A stretch of 64,000 nucleotides of DNA from a virus: positions 64,001 through 128,000 of the IMG/VR virus record IMGVR_UViG_3300032156_000001; one strand, written 5' to 3'. The notes below the pieces were generated by a model. That model was given only the letters and a program-made list of their open reading frames with translations, was not told the origin of the DNA and did not search any database. Of this stretch, positions 9,382 through 17,454 are shown one piece after another. The translations under genes were made by a program, and so were the position numbers. Each line of letters begins with the position of its first letter. The first letter of the stretch is position 1.

Positions 9382-9834
9382 ATGGGAAACCAGTGCTGTT
9401 TCGACTGCCCGCGCTGCGAGTGCGCCGGCAGGGGACGCGAAGTGCCGGTTCTGCGGATGCGGCTGTTCGGCGTCCGCGCGTTGAGGGAGGCCGTCGCGTA
9501 TGCTGCTCAAGGGGGGTTCGCTCTTCACTTGGCGGGCTCGGCGAAGGGTTATCCGGGCGCGCTGCGTTGCTTCCAGGCGGCTAAGGAGTTCGCGCACCTG
9601 TTCGGGAAGGACGCGGGGCAGCTGTGGGGGATCGCGCGCCTGTTGGGGGTCAAGCAGGTAGTCGTTCACTACGCCGGCACGCCGCGCGCGCATGTGGATC
9701 TCTGTGGCAAGCCGCTGGAGCTTGCTAAGCGCTGGTGCGAGGAGCGCGAGGCGGTCGTGGCGGCCCAGATCGAATCGCTGAGGCCGACCGGGTTCAGCGC
9801 CCGGAAGATCAAGGCGGTGTTGGGCATCCCATGA
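9382..9834 (+). CDS. hypothetical protein, possibly DUF4031-like
   Basis: AHVDLC motif; RBS AGGAGG. Confidence 0.55.
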   Translation: MGNQCCFDCPRCECAGRGREVPVLRMRLFGVRALREAVAYAAQGGFALHLAGSAKGYPGALRCFQAAKEFAHLFGKDAGQLWGIARLLGVKQVVVHYAGTPRAHVDLCGKPLELAKRWCEEREAVVAAQIESLRPTGFSARKIKAVLGIP

Positions 9835-9850
9835 AAGGAAGCCGCATCCG

Positions 9851-10435
9851 ATGAACTTCGAGGCGATGAAGAGGTTCTGGGACGACAGGTACGGACGGAT
9901 GGAGCCCGGCTGGGCCCACAGGATGCTCGCGCAGGTTCCCGCCGTGGAGACTGAGTTGCGCAAGCACCTGGATCCCGCGCAGCCGTTCGGCACGCTCGTG
10001 GACATCGGCTGCGGCGACGGCAGGTTCCTGCCCTTCCTGGCGCTGGTGGCCAAGCACGTATGGGGAGTTGATGTCAGCCCGGTCGCCCTGCAACGGGCGA
10101 CGGGCAAGGCCAGGAACGTCACGCTGATGCAGGCCGATTGGCCGTACAATCTGCCCTTCCGTGGTGGCAGCGTAGGCGCGGCGACGGTCCTGTTCGCCTT
10201 CCAGCACATGGTCGACGACACCGTTGCCGGTGCCACGGCGGCGGAACTGCGCCGCATCCTGGCGCCCGGCGCCAAGGTGGTGGTCGTGGACAATGCGCTG
10301 GATAAGGCCGCGCACGTGAAGCCTAGGCCCGCCGACTGGTTCGTGAAGTCGCTGGGGCTGAAGGAAGCCGCCCAATGCCGGGTGGCCGTCGATGGCCGCA
10401 AGGACGGTCACTGGCTGATAGCCGGGCATACCTGA
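9851..10435 (+). CDS. class I SAM-dependent methyltransferase
   Basis: LVDIGCGDGRF, GVDVS, LRRILAPGAKVVVVD. Confidence 0.85.
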   Translation: MNFEAMKRFWDDRYGRMEPGWAHRMLAQVPAVETELRKHLDPAQPFGTLVDIGCGDGRFLPFLALVAKHVWGVDVSPVALQRATGKARNVTLMQADWPYNLPFRGGSVGAATVLFAFQHMVDDTVAGATAAELRRILAPGAKVVVVDNALDKAAHVKPRPADWFVKSLGLKEAAQCRVAVDGRKDGHWLIAGHT

Positions 10436-10437
10436 CC

Positions 10438-10455
10438 TTTCCAAGGCCTTGGAAA
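10438..10455. repeat. dispersed 18-bp palindrome, copy 1
   Basis: TTTCCAAGGCCTTGGAAA, 2 nt after a stop codon. Confidence 0.9.
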
Positions 10456-10574
10456 CCCTCCAGCTAAAATTCGGGGCTATTCGCGTTATTATGCCTTGGT
10501 GAGTCTGGCGTTGGGCTGGGCTCGTCCAAGCGTAATAACACGGCGCGGGCACCCCGCGTAGAAAGGAGTGCACT

Positions 10575-11237
10575 ATGAGTACCACAAAGGCGAAGGTGGA
10601 GATGGCCAAGGAGGCAGCCGCGTTGGAGGAGATCAAGAAGCACAATCCCGAACTGCTTGGCGATCCCAAGATGCAGGAGGGGTTGAAAGCCGTCGTGGTT
10701 CGGATGGAGGCCCACCTGATCGGATGCCCCCAGCTCGTGGACGACGTGGAGTTCAAGAAGGGCTTCGAGGCCGTCAGGAGTGCCATTCAAGGCACGGAAA
10801 AGGCTGCAGTCGAGAAGGCGACTGAGGAGATGGTCGGGCAGGTCGAACAGGGCGTACCGCCGGCGGAGGCGGCGGAAACGCTCAAGGACCGTGCACTGGC
10901 CGTGTGCGGCCGCACCAAGGAAGGTGCGGCGAAGGCGGCGCGGTGGATCTACGACAAGATCCTCACACGTGGAGCCAGGTGCATCTGTACGCTCGTCGGC
11001 GGAACCGCGTGGACGGCGTTCAAGATCGTGGTCGACGGCGTCGATGCGGCTCTTCAGCTGGTGGTCGAGACGGCCGCGTTGGCGATCGACCTGATCTGGT
11101 CGATCGTGGACCGCGTCCGCGGTCTCACGCCCGCGCTCCCCGGAAGGGGCCCTGCCATGAGGTGGATCGAGGAGCAGAAGGAGTTGGCCGCGAAGTACGA
11201 AAGGCACGTGCAGGCGGCGAACGAGTACGTCGACTAG
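10575..11237 (+). CDS. hypothetical protein
   Basis: 220 aa; AAGGAG RBS; followed by a terminator. Confidence 0.75.
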   Translation: MSTTKAKVEMAKEAAALEEIKKHNPELLGDPKMQEGLKAVVVRMEAHLIGCPQLVDDVEFKKGFEAVRSAIQGTEKAAVEKATEEMVGQVEQGVPPAEAAETLKDRALAVCGRTKEGAAKAARWIYDKILTRGARCICTLVGGTAWTAFKIVVDGVDAALQLVVETAALAIDLIWSIVDRVRGLTPALPGRGPAMRWIEEQKELAAKYERHVQAANEYVD

Positions 11238-11282
11238 GCTCCTGCCGTGGCGCCGGCCGCGGCGGGACAGGATCGGGACTTG

Positions 11283-11313
11283 CGGGCGCGATTGGAGATC
11301 GCGCCCGTTTTTT
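11283..11313 (+). terminator. intrinsic terminator
   Basis: CGGGCGCGAT / ATCGCGCCCG stem followed by T6. Confidence 0.8.
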
Positions 11314-11342
11314 CGCTACTGGCAGAGGGAAAGGAGGGCCGC

Positions 11343-11894
11343 ATGAGATCGCGAGATTACATAGACGACGGGGTGTCGGACATGACGGTTCGCGTGTACG
11401 AGACCGACTTGCGGCATAAGGCGGCGCCGAAGTTCGGCCGCTTCCTGCAGGCTTGGGATGAGACGCGGCTGTGGGACCGAAAGCTGCTGGCCCGTTGCGA
11501 CACGGTTGAATTGGCGGCATTTACCAATTTCCTCGACTGCGTGGCCGCGCGGGTCCTGCAGGAATGGCTCGTGCGCTCCGGCCTGCGCGTTGCCAACCAC
11601 AGGGACACGAGGCGTATCCTGAAGCGGCTGTGCGTCGATATGGGCCTGCCTCCCGACATCGATCCCAACTACGGCCGGTTTCATGCGCTCTTCGATCACG
11701 TCCGGGTCCTGAAGAGTGACGAAGGCCCTTACTACGCGATCTCCGAGCCGTACGACACGGCGTTCGACTGCCATCTGTTCGACGAAGCTCGGTCGAAGCT
11801 GTTGGAGAAAGGCTGGGAGGTAGGAGTAAAGGGCCGCTCGCAGCACGCCCCATTGGACGGGACGTTACGGCTCATGTTCATCATCGACAAGTGA
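11343..11894 (+). CDS. hypothetical protein
   Basis: ATG 11343 behind AAGGAGG within ORF 11247-11894. Confidence 0.7.
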   Translation: MRSRDYIDDGVSDMTVRVYETDLRHKAAPKFGRFLQAWDETRLWDRKLLARCDTVELAAFTNFLDCVAARVLQEWLVRSGLRVANHRDTRRILKRLCVDMGLPPDIDPNYGRFHALFDHVRVLKSDEGPYYAISEPYDTAFDCHLFDEARSKLLEKGWEVGVKGRSQHAPLDGTLRLMFIIDK

Positions 11895-13123
11895 TGGGAA
11901 CGGGGGGAATTGTGATGGACATCGCGGAGGCGGATAGACTGCTGGAGGAGGCGCGCGGCGCGCGCGAGAATGCCAAGCGCCTGGAGCGCGAGCACAAGAT
12001 CGAGGCGCTCCAGGCCGCGGTGGACCTGGCCAAGAAGAAGAAGGCCGCCGTGGTGGCGCAGATAGCCAGGCTGGATGCCGGAAGGGAGGGCAGGGAAGCC
12101 AAGATCAAGGAGACGGACGAACTGAAGGAGTTCCTCGGCGACGTCTATCCCCAGGTCAGGAAGCGTTTCGAGGAGGACGTCCTGAACGCCGACCTGGAAC
12201 GCCAGGCCGCGACAAGGGCCCTGATGGACCTGGACTCGGAGATATCATGCACCGTGTCCGACCTGGTGCGGCTGCGCAGGGGGCCGGCATCGGACAAGCC
12301 GCCGAAGGCGGCGGTGGAAGCGAAGTCCAGCAGCTCTGCCGAGCCCATGCCGCCGGACGAAGCCTTGCTTCCGCTATGCCGCGGGGAAGTGGGCCAGGCC
12401 TATGAGGAATGCACACTCGGTCTCGACAGCGCGGCGCGCGAACTGGGCAACGATGTGGAACTCTTGGGACAATACTGCGCGGTCGCCGCCGGCAACGTCA
12501 GGCTGCTTCTCGGTACGCCTATACCGCTGAATAGTGCCGAAAAGACCATGTTGGGCAGGGGACTAGACGCTGTCGCCTACGTGGCGACAGAGTCCAAGTG
12601 CGGCTGTGTCGAGGCGTTGAACAGGGGAATCGCGAAGGACTGGAAGAAGTACGTCGCCGAGGCGGATACTCGGCTGGCCGAGTTGGAATCGATCCGCTGG
12701 AGCATGAGGGCGAAGCCCAAGACGTACGAGGAGAAGGCGCCGCCGGAGCCGGATCCGCTCCTCGATTTCTCCCTGTTGGAAAAGGCGACGGGGCTGCGTG
12801 TCGCCGTGCTGGGCGGCATGAAGAACCCCGACATCGTGAAATGGATGTCGGTCAGGCTGGGCTTCGGAAAGGTGGCCTGGTACGGCTGCTACAGGAAGAC
12901 CAGGGAGCGGGACGGTATGGTGCAAAGCATCGGCGCCGGCGGCGTCGACCTCATTGTCCTTTACACGAAGTTCGTGGGGCACAGGCACGTCGACCTGATC
13001 CTGAAGATGGCGCGTCAGAGGGGCATACCCTTGGCGTGGTGCAACTCGACATCCAAGGCGGAGATCGCCTCGGCCGTGGCGAAGGCATTGGGCCTGGTCC
13101 CGGCCAACGGCGGTGGGAAGTGA
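11891..13123 (+). CDS. coiled-coil protein with C-terminal DUF2325-like domain
   Basis: LRVAVLGG...VDLIVLYTKFVGH...ARQRGIP resembles DUF2325. Confidence 0.6.
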   Translation: MMGTGGIVMDIAEADRLLEEARGARENAKRLEREHKIEALQAAVDLAKKKKAAVVAQIARLDAGREGREAKIKETDELKEFLGDVYPQVRKRFEEDVLNADLERQAATRALMDLDSEISCTVSDLVRLRRGPASDKPPKAAVEAKSSSSAEPMPPDEALLPLCRGEVGQAYEECTLGLDSAARELGNDVELLGQYCAVAAGNVRLLLGTPIPLNSAEKTMLGRGLDAVAYVATESKCGCVEALNRGIAKDWKKYVAEADTRLAELESIRWSMRAKPKTYEEKAPPEPDPLLDFSLLEKATGLRVAVLGGMKNPDIVKWMSVRLGFGKVAWYGCYRKTRERDGMVQSIGAGGVDLIVLYTKFVGHRHVDLILKMARQRGIPLAWCNSTSKAEIASAVAKALGLVPANGGGK

Positions 13124-13138
13124 GCTGGAGGAACTGAC

Positions 13139-14101
13139 ATGCAGCACAACTGGGGACGTTGTCCCACGTCGGAGAGCGTGATGGCCGAGGTGGCCCAACT
13201 GACGGGGACGGAGCTGAAGTACGAGTTCAGGCAGGCCGTGCCGATTTCCAGCCTGAAGATCGGGCCGTCGAAGAAGAACAACGCCCGCCTCGAGCCGGTC
13301 GAGGAGGACGTGGCCGCGCGGTACGCGGCGGACATGCGGAAGGGGGACGTGTTCCCCGCGACCGTGATCCTCGACAACGGGCTCATCCTGGCCGGCAACA
13401 CCAGGGTCAAGGCCGCGCAGATGGCCGGCGCGGACGCCGTCGCGGCCTACGTCATCTGCGGCATCACGCCGGGGCAGCAGTTCTTCTTCGTCCGCCGGGA
13501 CAACGCGAAGCACGGGGTCCCGCTGTCCATGGACATGCAGGTGGAGACCTGCGCGGAGCTGCACCTCACGTACGGGATGCCCGTCAAGACCCTGTGCGAC
13601 CTGTGGTTCGGCACGGCGCTGTCGTACTACAACCGGATCATCGACGCCGTCCACGCGCGGAAGGTGGTCGCCAAGCTGTCCGGCTGGAAGGAGATCTCCG
13701 TCGCTGGCACGGCGCGCAGCACGCTGGCCGCGCTGTACCCGCTGCTCGACAGCAGGCACGTCCTCCGCGGCGCCGCGGACGTCGTGACGCGGCACGGCTA
13801 CTCGTCGGCGCAGACGTCGGCCCTGCTGGCCAGCATCAAGGCGAAGGACAACGAGGCCGACAAGCTGGCGGTGATCGAGGAAGACAGGAGGGCCAATGAG
13901 GGCAGGGTGAAGGGCACCCCGCGGTACGACCTCGACTTCAAGAGGGAGCTCAACAGGCTGCTGAACTTCCTCGAGACGGCCGCGAACGGCAAGCCGCTGC
14001 CCGGCGTCAGCAAGATCGCGTCGGACAAGAAGATCGCCGCGGAGCTGAAGGGCGTCATCGGCAAGATGATGGCCCGGCTGCGGCAGGTGAAAGGAGGATA
14101 G
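13139..14101 (+). CDS. ParB/Srx N-terminal domain protein
   Basis: NNARL...YAADMRKGDVFPATVILDNGLILAGNTRVKAA matches the ParB/Srx GxxR arginine-patch region. Confidence 0.7.
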   Translation: MQHNWGRCPTSESVMAEVAQLTGTELKYEFRQAVPISSLKIGPSKKNNARLEPVEEDVAARYAADMRKGDVFPATVILDNGLILAGNTRVKAAQMAGADAVAAYVICGITPGQQFFFVRRDNAKHGVPLSMDMQVETCAELHLTYGMPVKTLCDLWFGTALSYYNRIIDAVHARKVVAKLSGWKEISVAGTARSTLAALYPLLDSRHVLRGAADVVTRHGYSSAQTSALLASIKAKDNEADKLAVIEEDRRANEGRVKGTPRYDLDFKRELNRLLNFLETAANGKPLPGVSKIASDKKIAAELKGVIGKMMARLRQVKGG

Positions 14102-14102
14102 G

Positions 14103-14525
14103 ATGAACCTCTCGCTGGAGGTGCTGCGGCAGCTGGGCGACGGGAGATGGCGTTCCTGCGCCCGGCTGCTGCAGAAACTGGACGGCTGCATCCAGCCGGA
14201 ACGCGCGGCAAGGCGCTACTCCGACACGGTCGAGCACGCGTCAGACATGCCGCTGGGCGACAAGATCGACGCCGGCAGGCGCATGCTCATCGTACAGGCC
14301 GTCGAGGCCTTGCGCAGGCAGGGCAGGGTGGAAGTGGACGGCAAGGGCTTCGGCAAGAGGGCCAGGCTCAAGCCGTACGGCAACGACACGCAGGGAAGGG
14401 CGGTGCTGACCGCTCTTGGTCTGGTCGGGAAGGCCATTGAGCGCTCGCATGTGTCGCCGGAGGCGAAGGCCGCTTGCCGGGGGCATTGCGAGGCGATTCG
14501 TGAGCTGGTGGAAGGAGGACGCTGA
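14103..14525 (+). CDS. hypothetical protein
   Basis: 140 aa; GGAGG RBS; operonic. Confidence 0.65.
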   Translation: MNLSLEVLRQLGDGRWRSCARLLQKLDGCIQPERAARRYSDTVEHASDMPLGDKIDAGRRMLIVQAVEALRRQGRVEVDGKGFGKRARLKPYGNDTQGRAVLTALGLVGKAIERSHVSPEAKAACRGHCEAIRELVEGGR

Positions 14526-15754
14526 TGTTGGAGATGGTTCTGACGAACAACGGCGCGCCCAGCGCGGCCGACGGGCGTGTCATGAACGCCGTGGCGAAGC
14601 TGCTCAAGGCGCATTTGGAACGGCTGGGGCTCTCAAAACAGTGGGCCTGCCGGCTGTTGGAACGCACCGGCGCTGGGGGGAACGAGACGGTCAAGTTCAG
14701 GCACATTGTCAAGGACGCGACCGGCGAGTACCCGGTGTACATGGTCAGGCCGTTCGACAGGGACACGGCCTGGAACGTTAAGGTGTTCCCGCCGCCCGGC
14801 GTGACGTGCAGGAACATCGAGGACATCGAGAAACCCATGGCGACGGCGCCCGCCGTCCCGGCGCCGGCCTCGAAGTACACGGCCTGCCAGATACACAGGG
14901 CCAAGGTGCTGGGCCATCTGTACAGCGGCACGGACTGCCGTGCGCACGGTCTTCGCATCGTCCTCGGCAACGAGGGCGTCGAAGGCTACATACCGTTGGC
15001 GGACATATCGCCGACGTACAACCGGAGGGAACTGGACAAGTATCCCGTGGGCACCGTGATCTCCCGCGTCGCCGTGGCCGATCCGACGCGGAAGCCCATG
15101 CGGTGCACGCTTCATGTGGACGGCCTGGCGAACCCGGACGACTCCAGGGACGTCTTCACGGGCAGGCCCGACAAGGCCGGCGTGCTCAACCTCGCGGGGT
15201 TCACCCGCGACATCGGCAGGACGTACGAACTGCTGGGCGAGCTGAAGACGCTGGCCGAGTGCTGCCGCCCGAAAGGCAGCGGCGACAACCCCGCGATGCC
15301 GCGGATCGACGTGCTCGCGTGCGCCTCGGAGTTCTTCCAGAGGGAATACGGGGCGAAGGTCAGCCCTGTCGGGATAGTCTCCATGCTGACCGGGCTCTGC
15401 AAGGTCGCGGAGCCGATGCTCAGGCGGGTCGCCGACGACTACCAGCTCACGGAGTTCGGCTGGACCGAGCTGGGGGCCCGCGTGGAACAGCGGCAGCCGC
15501 CGCCGGCCGACGGCACGGACGCGCGCGAGGTCTCCGAGCAGCTGAAGGCGGAAGAGGCTGCCGCGGTCGAAGCGTCACCCGGCAAGACGGAGGAACAGGG
15601 CGTGCCGATGCTCAGTCCCGACGATGTGGCGTGGCTGCGCGGGAAAGTCAAGCAGCGCGTCGCGCTGCTGGGCGAGATGGCGCGGATAGACGCCGAGCTG
15701 GCGAGGGTGGACAAGGAGTTGGCGGAGGCGTTCGGCGCGAAGCCGGGCGTGTAA
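14525..15754 (+). CDS. protein with a central S1-like (OB) nucleic-acid-binding domain
   Basis: GLRIVLGNEGVEGYIPLADIS...YPVGTVI resembles the S1 G.F/L.H.SEIS...G..V pattern. Confidence 0.55.
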   Translation: MLEMVLTNNGAPSAADGRVMNAVAKLLKAHLERLGLSKQWACRLLERTGAGGNETVKFRHIVKDATGEYPVYMVRPFDRDTAWNVKVFPPPGVTCRNIEDIEKPMATAPAVPAPASKYTACQIHRAKVLGHLYSGTDCRAHGLRIVLGNEGVEGYIPLADISPTYNRRELDKYPVGTVISRVAVADPTRKPMRCTLHVDGLANPDDSRDVFTGRPDKAGVLNLAGFTRDIGRTYELLGELKTLAECCRPKGSGDNPAMPRIDVLACASEFFQREYGAKVSPVGIVSMLTGLCKVAEPMLRRVADDYQLTEFGWTELGARVEQRQPPPADGTDAREVSEQLKAEEAAAVEASPGKTEEQGVPMLSPDDVAWLRGKVKQRVALLGEMARIDAELARVDKELAEAFGAKPGV

Positions 15755-15782
15755 AGCCGCCGGCGACGGATGAAAAGAGCCA

Positions 15783-16016
15783 ATGATGGCAGAGACTGCC
15801 GTGAAAGAAGCCATACCGAAATGGGTCTGGCGCTGTATGGACTGCCAGACCGTCAGCGAGGATGCCACATCCAGTAGCTTTCACGTCGGCTGCATAGGGC
15901 GACGCGTGCGCGTCAAGCTCCGCGAATTCAGGAAGATGCGCGAGCCGGTCGCGAGCAGGTCCGGCGAGCGCATCTGGGTGCTGAAGAAAGAGTTCAAGGA
16001 CGCAGCGCCGTTCTGA
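15783..16016 (+). CDS. small hypothetical protein
   Basis: 77 aa, CxxC; its 3' end is duplicated at 17357-17390. Confidence 0.55.
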   Translation: MMAETAVKEAIPKWVWRCMDCQTVSEDATSSSFHVGCIGRRVRVKLREFRKMREPVASRSGERIWVLKKEFKDAAPF

Positions 16017-16019
16017 CCG
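15986..16019 (+). repeat. 34-bp direct repeat, left copy
   Basis: GAAAGAGTTCAAGGACGCAGCGCCGTTCTGACCG; 31/34 identical to 17357-17390. Confidence 0.85.
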
Positions 16020-16045
16020 CTGACAGGCAGGACAGTCGTTTTCAT

Positions 16046-16077
16046 AGGACCCCGCCATGAGGCGGGGTCCTTCTTTT
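16046..16077 (+). terminator. intrinsic terminator
   Basis: AGGACCCCGCC / GGCGGGGTCCT 11-bp stem, then TCTTTT. Confidence 0.8.
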
Positions 16078-16094
16078 GAAAAGGAGAAAAGACG

Positions 16095-17351
16095 GTGTTG
16101 GAAGACCTGCATGACTTTGCTGAAAAGTGGCTGTCGATTGCCAGAAACACGACGCCTGCCACGCGGAACGAGCTGCTTCGTGCGGGCAGGTGGTTCATGG
16201 ACGTAACCTATGGCTGTTCCTACAGGCCTATCTTCGTCGCCGACTCGCCGTATTCCGCTTATCGCCTTTCGTTGCGGCTGGCCGACAGGCAGGCGGCGCG
16301 CAGGGCGCTGCGCAACCTCCGTATCTCTTTTGACCCCACGACGCGCGCTTACTCGAATCTTCGGGAGGCTATTGCCAGCCAAGAGTCGTCGTGGCGTCAG
16401 CCTATCCGCCAAGACAGCTGGCGGAGACTGTGGCACGAGGCATGGATGAAGACGGGGAAAGCTATCGAGGAAGAGTTGCGCCGGTCGATGCCGTTTTCTT
16501 TCCATGCGGTTCTCGATTGCCGTCGTAAGGCCGAAACTGCTCTCAACAATGGAATTCTCAAGCCCATCCGACGGAGGATTGGGGAGCAGATGTCCTCGGC
16601 GGCATGGTCGCGCGTGGATGAATTCATGGCCGAGCGCGTCGACAAGAAGTCGGCCAAGTTGGCCGAAATCTTTCGGGGCCAGGGTAGTCTGCTGCTCGGC
16701 TGCTTAAGCGACCGTTTGTGCGGCCCTTACCAGTTCAGTTCCGATGGGTGCGCGGCCATCGACTATTGTCGTTCGGTGCTCGGCGTGAGACTGACGAGGG
16801 AGTGGCCCGCGTATAGACGAATGGCCTCGCTTGGCCCCGTGTTCGTGGTGCCGCGCGGGGCGTGCGTCGTGTCGAATCGACCTATAGAGCTGCATTGCAA
16901 CGATGATGGGCTGCACAGGGAAGGCGGTCCGGCTCTCGTGTACGCGGACGGCTGGTGCCTGTGGGCGTTGAATGGCGCGGTCGTCCCGAGGTGGCTGGCC
17001 GAAACCGACGCGGAGAAGATCGACGGCCGTAGCTTGGAGCGGCTGTACCACCCGGATCCACGCAACGATGACGGCCTTTATGCGAACGCGGGTGCCCGGA
17101 GGGAATTCATACGCAAAGTAGGAGTCGATCCGCTGCTTAAGACTTTGGACGCGCGCGTCATCGACTCGCGTGCCGACAAGACGTTGTTATCGGTTAGCTT
17201 CCGCGAAAGGCGCCTGCCGCTATTAAAACAGCCGGGCGCAGCGCCGGGCGACTGGGAATTGAAATTCACCGATTTGTCTTTGCAGGAAGCCTGGAGCTCT
17301 AGCTGCTGGCGGATACTTGAGGAGAGACCGAGCCGGCCAGAGGACGAATGA
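16095..17351 (+). CDS. DUF6745-like domain protein (lower-GC insertion)
   Basis: LHCNDDGLHREGGPALVYADGWCLWALNGAVVP; visibly more A/T at third codon positions than neighbours. Confidence 0.65.
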   Translation: MLEDLHDFAEKWLSIARNTTPATRNELLRAGRWFMDVTYGCSYRPIFVADSPYSAYRLSLRLADRQAARRALRNLRISFDPTTRAYSNLREAIASQESSWRQPIRQDSWRRLWHEAWMKTGKAIEEELRRSMPFSFHAVLDCRRKAETALNNGILKPIRRRIGEQMSSAAWSRVDEFMAERVDKKSAKLAEIFRGQGSLLLGCLSDRLCGPYQFSSDGCAAIDYCRSVLGVRLTREWPAYRRMASLGPVFVVPRGACVVSNRPIELHCNDDGLHREGGPALVYADGWCLWALNGAVVPRWLAETDAEKIDGRSLERLYHPDPRNDDGLYANAGARREFIRKVGVDPLLKTLDARVIDSRADKTLLSVSFRERRLPLLKQPGAAPGDWELKFTDLSLQEAWSSSCWRILEERPSRPEDE

Positions 17352-17356
17352 AGGGA

Positions 17357-17390
17357 GAAAGAGTTCAAGGATGTGGCGCCGTTCTGACCG
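17357..17390 (+). repeat. 34-bp direct repeat, right copy
   Basis: GAAAGAGTTCAAGGATGTGGCGCCGTTCTGACCG. Confidence 0.85.
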
Positions 17391-17408
17391 GCGGTACGGC
17401 TGGTTTGC

Positions 17409-17437
17409 TTGCCGCGCGCCTCCGGCGGGGTTATGAT
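17409..17437 (+). promoter_or_regulatory. sigma70-like promoter
   Basis: TTGCCG-17 nt-TATGAT upstream of ATG 17455. Confidence 0.55.
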
Positions 17438-17454
17438 GCCCGCCGGAGGCGCGC

